This document shows positions 63,385-64,000 of a stretch of 64,000 bases of DNA, one piece after another. The DNA lies in assembly GCF_006345805.1 (NCBI RefSeq), contig NC_042998.1:93186001-93250000 (forward strand). The letters run 5' to 3'. Each line of letters opens with the position of its first letter. Position 1 is the first letter of the stretch. A program made the position numbers and the translations under genes. The notes beneath the pieces were generated by a model, which made no database searches, had not been told where the DNA came from, and saw nothing but the letters and a program-made list of their open reading frames with translations. Source of the stretch: Octopus sinensis. Lineage: Eukaryota.

Positions 63385-63620
63385 TCAGTATCAAGCCTTG
63401 ACTGGCTTCCATGCCTGTGGTACATAAAAATCACCATCTGAACATGGTTGGTGCCAGGTCCACCTGACTGGCTCCCGTGCTGATGACATGTAGAAGGCAT
63501 CAGCCAAACGTGGCTGATGCCAGTACCCCCAGACTGGCTCCCATGCCAGTGCATATAAAAAGCACCATCCAAATGTGGTTGATGCCAGGTCCGCCCAACT
63601 GGCTTCCATACCGGTGGTAC
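63385..63620 (+). mobile_element. Family C internal modules (about four)
   Basis: Repeated ...ctggct(t/c)cc(a/g)tgc...ataaaaa(g/t)caccatc...tggttgatgccag units. Confidence 0.7.
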
Positions 63621-63651
63621 GTATTTATTCATTATTAACAAATTGGTCATC

Positions 63652-63755
63652 TTCACGTCTTACAGCTGTTTCAATTAATACTCAATAATTTAATTACAAA
63701 TTTGTACATTAAATTTGTATTTATGTGACATGAGCACAATTTCATCAGCGTAAAA
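63652..63755 (-). ncRNA. Degenerate type I hammerhead-like motif
   Basis: Minus strand UUUACG-CUGAUGA-AAUUGUGCUCA...UGAGUAUUAAUU-GAAACAGCUGUA-AGA-CGUGAA; palindromic stem III ACAGCUGU; stem I partner displaced by 3 nt. Confidence 0.45.
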
Positions 63756-63837
63756 AAAAGCCATACTAGGCATTGAACCAATATTTTCTTGGATGCAACC
63801 ATCCCTTCATGAGGTTAACATATTCTCAAATTACACA

Positions 63838-63929
<92 letters not shown>

Positions 63930-63966
63930 ATACATATATATCCATATCTATATCTATATCTATCTA

Positions 63967-63998
<32 letters not shown>

Positions 63999-64000
63999 CA

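Overview
AT-rich, microsatellite-dense eukaryotic DNA. The SINE/LINE families and repeat style suggest a cephalopod, probably Octopus (inference from repeat recognition, not a database hit). No host protein-coding gene could be confidently identified, and most listed ORFs are microsatellite read-through or transposon remnants. Transposon content: (1) a near full-length but disrupted R4/Dong-type site-specific non-LTR retrotransposon between (TAA)n tracts, plus several more fragments, some in a head-to-tail train; (2) a disrupted CR1-group LINE sharing its 3' tail with the commonest tRNA-derived SINE; (3) two Penelope GIY-YIG remnants and several Penelope-like terminal fragments at (TA)n tracts; (4) two related solo LTRs with exact 4-bp target-site duplications, in inverted orientation; (5) a Helentron-type non-autonomous element fused to a ~560-bp (AAT)n-flanked repeat; (6) a DD37D (maT) remnant, RTE fragments and at least four SINE-like families. 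The most notable unannotated signal is seven type I hammerhead-ribozyme-like motifs from five distinct families in Penelope or Penelope-like segments. One has a complete core with a 21-bp stem II, and one family has a recurrent U at the normally conserved A6. Coordinates of degenerate repeats are approximate, and identities are by-eye estimates.
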